A stretch of DNA of 63,984 bases, the filler included, from a bacterium (GTDB lineage: Bacteria > UBA9089 > CG2-30-40-21 > SBAY01): NCBI GenBank assembly GCA_040757115.1. It is 8 parts of 8 records of this genome, joined end to end, with 100 filler letters (N's around TTAATTAATTAA, not from the genome) between each part and the next. Parts side by side here need not be neighbours in the genome. Positions count along the whole stretch, not along the records: positions 1 to 5,146 come from JBFLYA010000265.1; positions 5,247 to 10,381 come from JBFLYA010000266.1; 6 more parts are not named here. One strand, 5' to 3'. Under the pieces are notes generated by a model that worked only from the letters and a program-made list of their open reading frames with translations, made no database searches and was not told the origin of the DNA. Positions 1-10,299 of this stretch are shown here, piece after piece. The stretch's first letter is position 1, and every line of letters starts with the position of its first letter. The position numbers and the translations under genes were made by a program.

Positions 1-557
1 GGGGGATAAAATATGCTTTCTTTAGGAATTTTTAGCGGTTCTTTAAAGCCTTTCTCAAATTTGCTAAGAATTATGGATGACAAATCAGAAATAGTAATTT
101 TCTCTTTACCTGTCCAAATAGCTAATAGACACCGCGTAGTCAAATCTACTCCTTTAACTTTATCAAAACCATATTCATCAAGAGCTGTATCAAAGACACT
201 AATACTTATATACCAATAAGCAAAAATTTCCGCCCTCATTAAGTGAAAATAGAATTCAAAGATAGAGTTATCATATCTGCTTATAAAGTATCCCCTACAA
301 GCTATAATTATAAATCTACCTTTAAATTTCCAACTTCTAAACTTTTTAGAAATTTTAATTCTTTCTTTATTTACACTTTTAAGGAATTCTTCATATCTCC
401 ATGTATAAATACAACCAAGATAAAATGAGAGGAAATATCTTTTAAACCACTGTAATTTCCACCAAAATGAGGTTCTTAAGAACATCTGGGTTCTTATAAA
501 TCTCCATAATACTAAAAATGGTCTTTCCGACTCTTTAAGATTAAGAAATAATTGCAT
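1..557 (-). CDS. Hypothetical protein, runs off the window start (not in ORF track)
   Basis: Manual translation from ATG 557 gives about 185 open codons (MQLFLNLKESERPFL...KIPKESIFYP); GGAGG lies somewhat far upstream; no family recognised. Confidence 0.55.
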   Translation of the reverse strand, partial: MQLFLNLKESERPFLVLWRFIRTQMFLRTSFWWKLQWFKRYFLSFYLGCIYTWRYEEFLKSVNKERIKISKKFRSWKFKGRFIIIACRGYFISRYDNSIFEFYFHLMRAEIFAYWYISISVFDTALDEYGFDKVKGVDLTTRCLLAIWTGKEKITISDLSSIILSKFEKGFKEPLKIPKESIFYP

Positions 558-652
558 AAATATTTAATCATTCCTCCTTCTATAGTTTCGTCATTTTTTA
601 ACAACCTTGGCTCATCATATATGTTAGTAAGTAAAGTATGTCTTCGATACTT

Positions 653-817
653 GTCACCCTGAACTTGTTTCAAAGTCTCATAAAACACTTTAGTTAAAGA
701 GGCTTAGATTCATTTATTAAGTAGTAGATGCTGAAAACAAGTTCAGCAGGACAAAACTATCGTTTCTGGATTAATCCTCACCTGTCCTCAACTTGATTCA
801 GGACGAGGACAGGTTTA
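653..817. repeat. REP-like palindromic pair plus CCTGTCCT...AGGACAGG hairpin
   Basis: GTCACCCTGAACTTGTTT and AAACAAGTTCAGCAGGAC are inverted; a related hairpin recurs at about 48105-48184. Confidence 0.55.
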
Positions 818-859
818 TTTTTTGACAATTCTACTTTGAAGGTTGAGATGGAAAAAATT

Positions 860-2075
860 CTAGTGTCGTGTTGAGCAAATTTCGCACCATTTTTACCATT
901 AAGTTTTGGTCGTTTTTTGCCGCTATATTATATAAGGAGGTATTGGCAATGCGAGGACCAAAACCGAGAACAGTTGTTATCTCGTTGGAACAAGTTGAAT
1001 CTCTTAAATAGCACCTTCGTTCCGGCAAAACTCAGTACCGTGTGGCTCGTCGTGCACGTATGTTACTTCATCTTCTCTGAAGAAATGTCCCCTTCGCAAA
1101 TTGGTCAACACATTGATTGCGAGCGGACCACTGTCTCGCGTATCTGCCGGCGATTCGAAAAACGTGGTCTTGACGCCTTACACGATGCTCCACGGTTGGG
1201 TGCTCCCCGCCGTTTTTCCCCCCTTGCAGAGAGCACAGATTCAGGCAATTGTTTGTGCACCCCCTGCTGACTACAACCTCAATATTATACACTGGTCTGT
1301 CCGGGATCTGGCTACGACTATTGTTGAGAAAAATGTTGTTACATCCATTCATTACAGCACAGTATGTCTCATTCTCCAAGCCTCTGAATTCCAACCACAC
1401 CGCTCCCGCTACTGGATGACCAGTATGGACCCAGAATTTGTCTCCAAATCAGCCAAGGTGCTTTGGTGCTACGAACGGGCTAAATCTCTCGCCAATAAAG
1501 GAGAGGCAGTCCTCTGCGTAGATGAGAAACCCGCCCTCCAAGTGTTTGAACGTGCCGCCCCCACTATCCCCATCTCCCCAAGACATATTGAACGTCAGGA
1601 GTTCCATTATATCCGCCATGGTACCGTGAATTGGTTTGCAGCTCTTAGAGTCCATGATGGCAAAGCATGGGGGAACGCCCTCAAGTCCAATAACCACCAG
1701 TACTTTCTCGAGGCAATGGATCGTTTGTTGTATGAGCACCGTGACTGGTCTCGAATTCATGTCATCATGGATAATGGCCCAAGTCATATCCATCATGAAG
1801 TTTCTGAGTGGGTACAACAGCAAGGAAGACGCATACGCCTTCTCTATTTTCCCACTCACGCTTCGTGGTTGAATCAAGCCGAGATTCTCCTCCATGTCTT
1901 CGCATCGAAATACATTAGAAGAAGCTCATGGGACAGCCCAGAAACGTTTGTTGACCATCTTTATAAAAGTAACGATGAGTACAATCAGCGGCTCGCAGAA
2001 CCATTTAATTAGTCGTTTACTCGTCACAAAATGCGTGACTGGTATTGTTGCAAAATTTCTTCAACTTGACACTAG
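860..2075 (+). mobile_element. IS630-family element bounded by CTAG
   Basis: Imperfect IRs TAGTGTCGTGTTGAGCAAATTTCGCA / TGCAAAATTTCTTCAACTTGACACTA; CTAG at 860 and 2072. Confidence 0.85.
949..2069 (+). pseudogene. IS630 transposase, degenerate
   Basis: AAGGAGG then ATG 949; HTH half ends APRRFSP; DDE half has VDEK, IMDN, SWLNQAE; in-frame TAG at 1009 and 2010 plus an extra frameshift near 1075. Confidence 0.85.
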
Positions 2076-2222
2076 TGCTCTGTCGCCATTCAAATGATTG
2101 ATTGGCCGTTGTCCCCGCTGGCGGGGGTAGGGGGGTGGATTCTTCTATTTCAGATTTCATATTCCACCCCCTTAATCCCCCCGCCAGCGGGGGACATCAA
2201 TTGAGTAGCGACAGAGCACTAG
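2072..2222. mobile_element. MITE with CTAGTGCTCTGTCGC termini (IS630-derived)
   Basis: Terminal IR CTAGTGCTCTGTCGC / GCGACAGAGCACTAG; same end as the IS630 remnant at 4969; both ends recur at 48545-48660. Confidence 0.8.
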
Positions 2223-2736
2223 TGTCGTGTTGACTATACTGGACACTGCCATTAACTGAGATATTTAGGGACGGATCATTTTCATCGTTTTTCCTGTAAT
2301 TTCTTTTGAAAATTAGAAATTGGAAATTAGGTCTTCACTTCTTTCCCCAATTTCTAATTTCATATCCATTTTTAACCGCAAGCTTTCATGCTAAAGTGAA
2401 CCGTCTCTAAAATCGCAATTTGTAACGGTGTTGAGTATAAATTTCGCACGAATTTTTACTAAAGTTTTGGTTCGCAAAATCCGATAATAATAATAGAGAA
2501 ACATTTTTAAAGGAGAGCTCTCTCAACATCTCCAGAGCTCGGATTTGACTAGGGTTTAAAACCAACCATTTTTTATCTTCCCCCCAATTTTTACCATCAC
2601 AACATCACCAATTCCTGATTTATTCCAGGGCTGGCACCATTTTTTTCTTGACTTTCTCCCATTTTTTTGTTTTGCTTATTTGTATATTAGCTATTAACAA
2701 CTAAACAAAATTAAAAAACATGGGAGGTGTATTTTT

Positions 2737-4591
2737 ATGTTGCCAGCCCTTCGCTCACATAAAAAATATAAAAAATTTGTCAAAAAACATATAAAAAATC
2801 TCCAACTATCAGAAAAAGATAACGAAGTTTGCGAAAAACTAAAACTCCTTAATCTGGAGCCTCTCCGCCCAATAGTTGAACCTCTATACAGTCCTTCAAA
2901 AGGTTCTACGGCCAGAGCTCCTGAAGACATCCTCCGCTCTTTTGTAGGAATGTCCCTTTATGATTTCATTTCCATTGACCACTGGTATGATTTCCTCTCT
3001 GATAAGAAAAATATCGCCTCTGTCTATATTATAGGACAATCTCCTAATACCCTTATTAGCGTAGGAACACATTATCACTTTATTGATCGACTTTGGCAAA
3101 ATACCTCCAAAACAGAACAAATAGTCAATCTAAAGAACAAAAAGAAAAAATCCGTCAAATCACACAAAAATAAAGATGAAGAGGACATAGAAACGTTGAG
3201 AAAAAAACACCATCATATCTTGGCAAAAATCGAAGAAAGAATCAAAACCCGTTATCCTGACCCCTCTATCGTCCCAATGGACAAAAGACATGAAGCTGTC
3301 ATAGATGCTATATTCCACACAATTGCTGTCCAACCTTCCATTGAAAAAGGTCTGGTGGCTGACAATCAATTCAATGGTGATAGCACTAAAGTAGCAACTT
3401 TCGCTAACCCAAACGGACATAAAGTCTGTTTCGGCAAAGATAATTGCCACTGCCCATGTAAAAAATGCAAAGAAGGTAATTGTGACTGCTCTAAAGAAAA
3501 ATGCTCCTGCAACGGAACTTCCCCCAGAAAACAAACAAAAATTTCGAGCTAACCTATTGTTAATTAAGGAGATATGTTGAAAGTGATTTTGAGACTTTCG
3601 TAGCTACAATTGAACAGACAAGTTTATTTCTAATCCTTCATAAAAAATATTATCTCATAAATTGTAAGAATTGTCAAGTATTTTTTTTAAATATTAAAAA
3701 TATTCGTAGGCACACTTTTAAAATATATTTTGGTCGTATCCTCTTGATACTCATAAACTTAAATTTACTTTTTAGATGATTTTTAGGGGGAAGTTCCGCT
3801 GCAATTATAGAAAATTACACGATCCTGATGCCGCCTGGGGTTATGACTCTTACCATGACCGCTTTGTTTATGGTCACAGTATCCACCTACTCTCTGATAG
3901 TAAAAATGATTTACCTGTTCTAATTAAACTTACCCCCGCTAACCGCCATGATAGCGTCATTACTCCTCTTCTCCTCTTTAGCGCCAAAAACATCCATCAA
4001 TACTCATTTACAAATGCAGCTTTTGATACCGCAAGCGATAATTACCCTACTTACAGACTCGCAACTGACTACTGGAAAATTAACTTATTCATCCCTCTTA
4101 GAGAAACGACTAAGTCCTCGCAGATTAAATTACCTCGTTCTATAATCAAATTCACCGATAAAGGCACTCCTGTCTGCCTTAATAATATGGAGATGTATTG
4201 CTGGGGGTTCTGTAAGGACAGATCCAGAATTAAATGGCGTTGTCTCCTTGTAGCCTTGAAATCTACTCCCGATCTAAAATCCTGCCCTCATCATCTACAA
4301 TGTTCCACATCTGATTATGGGAGAGTAGTTTTTACTAAACCAGAATGGGATTATCGCCTCTTTACTCCTATCCCAAGAGAAACTCCTTTATGGGAAAAAT
4401 ATTATGATGAACGGTCAGGTTGTGAACGACTAAACAAACGACTGACTAAAGACTACAAATTGGATGAGATAAAAACTACTGGGACTAAACGATGGTTCTT
4501 CCGAGCAACAATAGCATCTATTTGTATCCACATAGATGCTTGGTGGACACAACTCAATAGGGAAAAATCTAACACACAACTAAAAGAGTGA
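2737..4591 (+). pseudogene. DDE transposase (IS1182/ISNCY-like) split by a MITE
   Basis: Motifs GDST, DPDAAWGYDS, ANRHDS, RSGCERLNKRL; ORFs 2737-3552 and 3776-4591 rejoin in frame when 3513-3804 is removed. Confidence 0.85.
3513..3798. mobile_element. 286-bp MITE with 6-bp target duplication
   Basis: IR CGGAACTTCCCCC / GGGGGAAGTTCCG; CTGCAA at 3507-3512 and 3799-3804. Confidence 0.9.
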
Positions 4592-4982
4592 ACCTCCAAA
4601 AGAATATCTCCTAATATTTTTTTCTGAAAAACACCTTCCTTTTACCTACAAGGGAATAATGCGCCCTTTTAACCCCAAAAAATCTCCCTTCTGGGTTGTC
4701 AAAGAACCTTTTTCTTCCCAAACTACTTTTCGCTCTCTCCTAATATATTGTTATCAACCTTACCTATCCATTTGTTGAGAAAGCTCAATAATCTAAAAAA
4801 GGTTACGGGTTATGGTTAGGAAACCCGTCTGGAAGTTAGGTTAGGAGGTTGGTGAAAGAGAAAGCCTGACTTCTTAACCCCTAAACCAAACTGGCATCTT
4901 AACCCTTTTACCAAAAATCCCTTAAGTGATACTCTCTGAAAATGTTGCGAAATTTGCTCAACACGACACTAGTGCTCTGTCG

Positions 4983-5146
4983 CTACTTAATTGATGGATA
5001 AAGTCGTTTCAGTTTAATCCTTGCATCTGGGGTCGTAAATTGCCAATCCACTTTAGCCCCTGCATCATTTCTTTCTGATTCCCAAGCCGCTACTTCTCTT
5101 TTCATCTCAGTAATGTTTTCAATTCTTCGTGACAAACACTGCTGGC
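4983..5146 (-). CDS. IS630 transposase C-terminus, cut by contig end
   Basis: QQCLSRRIENITEMKREVAAWESERN...VDWQFTTPDARIKLKRLYPSIK*, a typical IS630 tail, followed by the IR and CTAG. Confidence 0.85.
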
Positions 5147-5246
5147 NNNNNNNNNNNNNNNNNNNNNNNNNNNNNNNNNNNNNNNNNNNNTTAATTAATT
5201 AANNNNNNNNNNNNNNNNNNNNNNNNNNNNNNNNNNNNNNNNNNNN
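5147..5246. other. Artificial contig spacer (also 10382, 15552, 20715, 48771, 53922, 59052)
   Basis: Identical 100-nt N44-TTAATTAATTAA-N44 blocks. Confidence 0.95.
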
Positions 5247-5364
5247 ATATTTAAAAAATTCACTTGTATCCGAACATACTATTTTTGTGCCTTTTTAGGG
5301 ATATAAGTCAAGAAAAATATTTTTAAAAAAACTTAATTTTTTACTTGACATTTCACCATAAGAC

Positions 5365-5915
5365 TTTGTGAGTTGCAGACTCATGAGCGTTCTCCTGAAA
5401 ATGAATAGAATACGGATGACACGGATTAGACGGATGAGCACGGATTTTTTATTTTTTAGTAATCGGATTGAGCGGATTAATCGGACTTCTTTTCTGTTTT
5501 TTTATCTGCTCAATCCGCTAAATCCGCTTACTACTTATTTCCCTTATTGTAACCGTTCAGGTAATCCTTTACCGCAGAGACGCAGAGAAACAGAGAAGAA
5601 AATATCTTTTTTTCGTGTTTTTCGGTATTTAAAAAGGCTTAAAAACAGTTAGTCGAAAGTAAGTATTAAAAGATTATAAACAACGAAAGCCCCGAAATGC
5701 ACAAAAAAAGGGAATTTCTGTTTCTGGTGAATAGATTTTAATTTTTTCTCTGCGTCTCTGTGTCTCTGCGGTGAACGGTTACCCCTTATTTCCCTTTGCG
5801 TTCTTTGCGTGCTTGGCGTGAAACTTCCTTTCCCCTGAAAATCGGGGTTCGGGGATTCTTTTATTCCCGAGCCCCGAGTCCCGAGCCCCGAGCCCCGAGT
5901 CCCTTTATTTTCATT
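5365..5915 (-). repeat. Array of AGGAG/hairpin cassettes with nested MITE
   Basis: TTCTCCTGAAAAT at about 5390 and TTCCCCTGAAAAT at about 5830; hairpin ATG-AGT-ctgca-ACT-CAC; (CCGAGCC)n cargo. Confidence 0.7.
5549..5782. mobile_element. GTAAC...GTTAC MITE with 8-bp TSD
   Basis: CCCTTATT on both sides; arms CCGCAGAGACGCAGAG / CTCTGCGTCTCTGTGTCTCTGCGG. Confidence 0.85.
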
Positions 5916-6690
5916 CCCCTTGTTGTGTTTCTATTTTCTCACTATGTTGACGAAGTGCCTCTTTAAATCGTTCAGCCGCTTCATTATTTTGAAATTCGTC
6001 TAATCCTTGTGCTGATTCACCAAATGGATTTTTTTGCAAATTAGGCGAAGAAGGCTGTGGTGGTAACCCTTTTGAAAATTCCTGCTGAGCCTTTTCACTT
6101 TGTGATTGAAGTGCCTGGATAAATTTATCTCTTGCCTCTTTTTCTTTCTCAGTCATCGTGGTTGCTGAAGAGCCTGAAAATCCCTTATTTTTTTGCACGG
6201 CGACTTCAAAAGGATTACTTGGAGGAGATACCTCTCTTTGTGGTTTAATCTCAGGCACCCATTTTTGAGCCCATTGCTGTTCAAGCCAGGGAACAAACTC
6301 CTTATACTGAAACGGGGTCAAAGTTTGTTCGACATCTATTTTTGTCTTCTCTACAATTTCCACTGTTTTCTTATCCATATTATTTTTTTCGTCTTGCTTC
6401 TTCTCCATAGATAGTTTTTCATCTTTGAGTATCTCCTGCCATTCTTGTTGAAGGGTTTCTAATGCCTCTTTTTCTGCTTTAATAATCATCATCATCTTTT
6501 GGGTTTGCTGGGGAGTTAATGATAATCTCATCGTCATCTCATCCAAAAATGTAAAATCCGTAGCGAAATAACTAATCATTGGTCTTGTCCCAAAGCTATC
6601 TTTTTCTACCTTTTCACCTTCTTTAGCTAAAATCTGCTGTGCCATCCCCATGCTAATCATTAAAATAACCGTTACCATTATTTTTTTCAT
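5911..6690 (-). CDS. Exported helical hypothetical protein
   Basis: AGGAGG RBS, signal peptide, LSLTPQQ/LTPFQ repeats reminiscent of Spy/CpxP-like proteins. Confidence 0.75.
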   Translation of the reverse strand: MKKIMVTVILMISMGMAQQILAKEGEKVEKDSFGTRPMISYFATDFTFLDEMTMRLSLTPQQTQKMMMIIKAEKEALETLQQEWQEILKDEKLSMEKKQDEKNNMDKKTVEIVEKTKIDVEQTLTPFQYKEFVPWLEQQWAQKWVPEIKPQREVSPPSNPFEVAVQKNKGFSGSSATTMTEKEKEARDKFIQALQSQSEKAQQEFSKGLPPQPSSPNLQKNPFGESAQGLDEFQNNEAAERFKEALRQHSEKIETQQGE

Positions 6691-6720
6691 TTCAAATTCC
6701 TCCTTTAATTTAGTAATTTA

Positions 6721-6975
6721 GTAACTATTCACTACGAAGAGCACGAAGGACACGAAATGGAATTTAATGTCTTGTAATTTTCGGTAGTGTCTGACAATAA
6801 CTACAATTCTTTTAACCACAAAGCTCACAAAGAGTTTCACAAAAGAGTCAAAGATTTTTGAGAGAATAAATTTTTCCCTTTATTTCTTTGTGTATTGTTT
6901 GTGTAATTTGTGGTTAATTTCAGAGACCATCTAATTTTCTTCGTGTCCTTCGTGTTCTTCGTGGTGAATAGTTAC
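6721..6975. mobile_element. GTAAC hairpin element with nested GGT(A/G)GTGTCTGA MITE (6783-6931)
   Basis: Outer IR GTAACTATTCAC / GTGAATAGTTAC; inner element flanked by TAATTTTC direct repeats. Confidence 0.8.
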
Positions 6976-6978
6976 CTT

Positions 6979-7647
6979 TTATTTAGTTGCCACTATAGCC
7001 AGATGTCTAACAAATTGTCTTGGGAATTTTCTCGTTATCATCATAGCTAATTCATAAATCCCGGTTTTACTAAGGACAGGAATCCTATTAATAATACCAC
7101 CTAATTTGAACAAGTTAGTCGTAACCGGTTCGATTTTTACTATTTTAAACCTTCTTGACACTAAATCAATAAATTCTTGATATTTAAAATATCCTGGTAA
7201 AATAGGGACAGAAATCAGGATATATCCATCTTTTTTTAAAAGGGTATATAAATTATCAACTATTTCTAAGAGGAAATTTCGTGGAGGATAATATATTACT
7301 TCTAAACAAGTTATTAAATCAAAACTTTCAGGTTCAAATTTCAATTCGATAATATCTTGGACTGAAAAAATTACCTTGTCCCCAAATTCACTAAAATAAG
7401 TCTTACATCGATTAATAGCTATTTCAGAAATATCTACTGCATAAATTTTATCGCCGATATTTAATAATTTACTGGTAAATGCACCTTCACTACAACCTAA
7501 TTCTAATATCTGTGGATAATGTCCATGCGGAATCAGTTTAAATGAATTTTCTAATCTCACCTTTTCGGCATAGACATTTTTTGTTCCCCATGGATCCCCT
7601 TTTTTTGAATACATATCGTCAAATTTCTCTTGTTGTAATAAATCCAT
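6979..7647 (-). CDS. Class I SAM-dependent methyltransferase (NodS-like)
   Basis: DPW, ILELGCSEG, VDIS, FDLITCLEVIYY. Confidence 0.85.
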   Translation of the reverse strand: MDLLQQEKFDDMYSKKGDPWGTKNVYAEKVRLENSFKLIPHGHYPQILELGCSEGAFTSKLLNIGDKIYAVDISEIAINRCKTYFSEFGDKVIFSVQDIIELKFEPESFDLITCLEVIYYPPRNFLLEIVDNLYTLLKKDGYILISVPILPGYFKYQEFIDLVSRRFKIVKIEPVTTNLFKLGGIINRIPVLSKTGIYELAMMITRKFPRQFVRHLAIVATK

Positions 7648-7654
7648 AATAAAA

Positions 7655-7683
7655 ATTATATCAAAAATTTAATACCCTGTCAA
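7655..7683 (-). promoter_or_regulatory. Sigma70 promoter, probably leaderless transcript
   Basis: TTGACA-17-TATAAT, ATG 7 nt downstream. Confidence 0.75.
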
Positions 7684-7792
7684 CTGAATTGTAAGAATTT
7701 GTTAAAATTTTCCTTGCCTTTTTTTTAAATATATTATATAATTCAGAGGTGAAAAAGTTTTCTGACTACTATCTACTATTTTGGAGGTTGTA

Positions 7793-8674
7793 ATGAAAGG
7801 TATTATTCTTGCCGGAGGAAGTGGAACAAGGCTTTATCCCATAACGCTGGGTATTAGTAAACAACTTTTGCCGATTTACGATAAACCGATGATTTATTAT
7901 CCTCTATCCGTGCTGATGTTGGCGGGGATAAGAGAAATTTTGATCATTTCAACTCCCCATGATTTACCAAGATTTAAAGAACTCTTCGGTGATGGTTCAC
8001 AGTTAGGACTAACATTTTCTTATAAAGAACAACCTTTTCCCAATGGTCTGGCTGAGGCATTTATATTAGGGAAAGAATTTATAGGTGATGATGATGTGTG
8101 TCTCATTTTAGGAGATAATATCTTTTATGGTGATAGCTTAATTCAGTTACTAAGGAATATCGTTCAAGATATTACTACCTCAGGAGGAGCTACGGTTTTT
8201 GGTTATTATGTGAGTAATCCTCAACAATATGGAGTAGTGGAATTTGATAAAGAGGGAAAGGTTTTATCTATTGAAGAAAAACCTAAAATACCTAAATCTC
8301 ACTATGCAGTTACAGGCCTGTATTTTTATGATAATAATGTTGTTGAGATTGCTCATGGTATTAAACCTTCCTGGAGAGGAGAGTTGGAGATAACCGATGT
8401 AAATAAAAAATATTTGGAAGATAATAAACTTAAGGTTGAACTTTTAGGTAGAGGATATGCCTGGCTTGATACAGGAACCCATGAAAGTCTTCTTGAAGCG
8501 GGAGAGTTTATGGCGACTATAGAAAAAAGGCAGGGTTTGAAAATAGCCTGTATAGAAGAAATTGCCTATTCCTTAGGATACATAGACAAAGAACATTTAT
8601 TAAAGATTGGTGAACTTTTGAAAAATAGTCAGTACGGACAATATGTTTTGAGGATAATTAAAAATGAACAATGA
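7793..8674 (+). CDS. rfbA: Glucose-1-phosphate thymidylyltransferase
   Basis: [38 protein letters not shown]; start moved to ATG after GGAGG. Confidence 0.97.
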   Translation: MKGIILAGGSGTRLYPITLGISKQLLPIYDKPMIYYPLSVLMLAGIREILIISTPHDLPRFKELFGDGSQLGLTFSYKEQPFPNGLAEAFILGKEFIGDDDVCLILGDNIFYGDSLIQLLRNIVQDITTSGGATVFGYYVSNPQQYGVVEFDKEGKVLSIEEKPKIPKSHYAVTGLYFYDNNVVEIAHGIKPSWRGELEITDVNKKYLEDNKLKVELLGRGYAWLDTGTHESLLEAGEFMATIEKRQGLKIACIEEIAYSLGYIDKEHLLKIGELLKNSQYGQYVLRIIKNEQ

Positions 8675-8957
8675 CCTCATTTAACTAATTCACCAATGCT
8701 CAAATGTCTACTTTAACTTATCCACCCCTTCTTTGTTGCCTAACTCTGTATAACCTGCCTACCTACCTGAACGGTTACAATAATCTTTTATGTGCTCTAA
8801 TTTATTTCTATGTCCTCTCTGTTCCTCTGCGTCTCTGCGGTAAAGGATTACTTGAACGGTTACGGATATTTTTATCCGAAAGTCTTCTTGTTTCTGTAAA
8901 CTAATTATATCAAAATTTTAATGCCCTGTTAATAGAAAAATTTTCTTCAAATGTGCA

Positions 8958-10145
8958 TTACTCATATCGAAGTGCCTCAACAGGATTAAGTTTAGCCGCC
9001 AGATGTGCGGGATAGACACCAAAAAATATCCCGACCAGACAGGAAAAAGAAAAACCAAGCATAATCGCCCAAAATGAGAGAAAGATATCTAAATTCACCA
9101 TCTTTACTATTAATAAAATCATACCCATTGCCGCACCAATCCCGATTATTCCGCCGGTAAGACAGAGTATCAGGCTTTCAATCAAAAACTGCCAGAGTAT
9201 ATCTTTTTTAGTGGCACCAACCGCCTTTCTGATACCAATTTCACGCGTCCGCTCTCGCACTGCTACTAACATAATATTCATAATCCCAATTCCTCCAACC
9301 AACAAAGAAATAGCCGCAATACTACTAATCACAATAGAAATGATATTCGTTATCGTAGAGAGCATTTCAATCATTTCATCCAGGGTAACAACTTCCCATA
9401 CCTTTCTATTAGAAAAGGTTTTAAACAGATAGTTTTCTACTCGCTCTTTGAGTCCAGAGACACTCACTCCATTCCTGGCTTTAAAGAATACCAGATATAT
9501 TTCTTGTGCACCAAGTAGCCGTTTCACACAAGAAGATGGTAAAAGTAAGGCATTGTTAGGGTCCATTGGTCCCATCTTTAACTTAAAACCCATTAACCCA
9601 ATGACCTTGAAATATGTCCCTTCTATATTTATCTCTTGTCCCAAATTTTTTTGCTTTCCAAAAAGTGAATTAAAGAGTTGATGACCGACGACGCAGACCT
9701 TTTCTGATGATTTAACCTCATTATCGGTGAATTTTCTACCTTTTATAATCAGGTCTAATCCTCGCACCTCAAACCAGTTGGCTGGCACACCAATCACCGT
9801 AATCAGTTTATTTTCACCCCGAACCTTCATTGGAGTAGATAAAAAATACTGGGGGGCTAAATCAGCAATTCCCGGGATGTCCTTTTTCATTGTTTCAAGT
9901 TGAGTTTCAGTCAGATAGGCAAATTTATCCACCCGAGTTTCCATCATCTGGTCATTATGGGCAACGACGAGATTAGTTCCAGAACCAGTAATTTCACGAA
10001 TAATTAGCCTTTTCCCTTCCTCACCAATGGTAATAATTGCCACAATCGAAAAGACACCAATAGTAACCCCTAAAATCGTTAGAAAGGAACGCAGTTTGTA
10101 TTGCCTTAAACTCTTTAATGAAGACAAAATATAATCTACGAACAA
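8958..10145 (-). CDS. MacB/FtsX-family ABC transporter permease
   Basis: RSFLTILGVTIGV, GGIGIMNIMLVAVRERTREIGIRKAVGA, PVEALRYE; likely TTG start at 10145, upstream ORF extension is repeat DNA. Confidence 0.92.
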   Translation of the reverse strand: MFVDYILSSLKSLRQYKLRSFLTILGVTIGVFSIVAIITIGEEGKRLIIREITGSGTNLVVAHNDQMMETRVDKFAYLTETQLETMKKDIPGIADLAPQYFLSTPMKVRGENKLITVIGVPANWFEVRGLDLIIKGRKFTDNEVKSSEKVCVVGHQLFNSLFGKQKNLGQEINIEGTYFKVIGLMGFKLKMGPMDPNNALLLPSSCVKRLLGAQEIYLVFFKARNGVSVSGLKERVENYLFKTFSNRKVWEVVTLDEMIEMLSTITNIISIVISSIAAISLLVGGIGIMNIMLVAVRERTREIGIRKAVGATKKDILWQFLIESLILCLTGGIIGIGAAMGMILLIVKMVNLDIFLSFWAIMLGFSFSCLVGIFFGVYPAHLAAKLNPVEALRYE

Positions 10146-10148
10146 GGT

Positions 10149-10299
10149 TCCTCCTGAAAATGAGGAAGTAGAAAGTAGAGAGTAGAAAGTAAAGAAAACA
10201 TCACTGCTCACGCTTATCTCCCCATCTCCCACCTTCTATCTCCTACCTACTATTTTCATCCTCCTATGTGCCGAGTTGTCGGCATGGCCGTTTCTCCTA
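10149..10299 (-). repeat. Single AGGAG/hairpin cassette supplying the RBS of the permease
   Basis: Minus strand AGGAGAAACGGCC ATG-CCGA-caac-TCGG-CAC...ATGAAAAT-cargo-ATTTTCAGGAGG-aacc-TTG. Confidence 0.8.

Larger units (their letters stand above)
2219..4972 (+). mobile_element. Composite element with IS630-like ends carrying a different DDE transposase
   Basis: Right end TGCGAAATTTGCTCAACACGACACTAG is the inverse of the 860 end; left end starts CTAGTGTCGTGTTGA and is interrupted by nested inserts at about 2236-2438. Confidence 0.65.

Noticed and set aside
13-428. Plus-strand ORFs 13-219 and 243-428 and other antisense ORFs overlapping called genes
   Set aside because: Shadows of longer or well-supported genes on the opposite strand or frame.
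1009-2012. TAG readthrough or recoding in the IS630 gene
   Set aside because: The TAGs replace probable CAG and TGG codons in a gene that also has a frameshift; TAG ends normal genes such as aroQ, efp and rpoZ.
5147-5246. TTAATTAATTAA motif as a biological repeat
   Set aside because: Identical N-padded linker at all seven gaps; an assembly concatenation artefact.
5368-5652. Short ORFs in repeat regions (also 8704, 10795, 15333, 16182, 34047, 44549, 46006)
   Set aside because: Translations of MITE or heptamer arms with no RBS or recognisable family.
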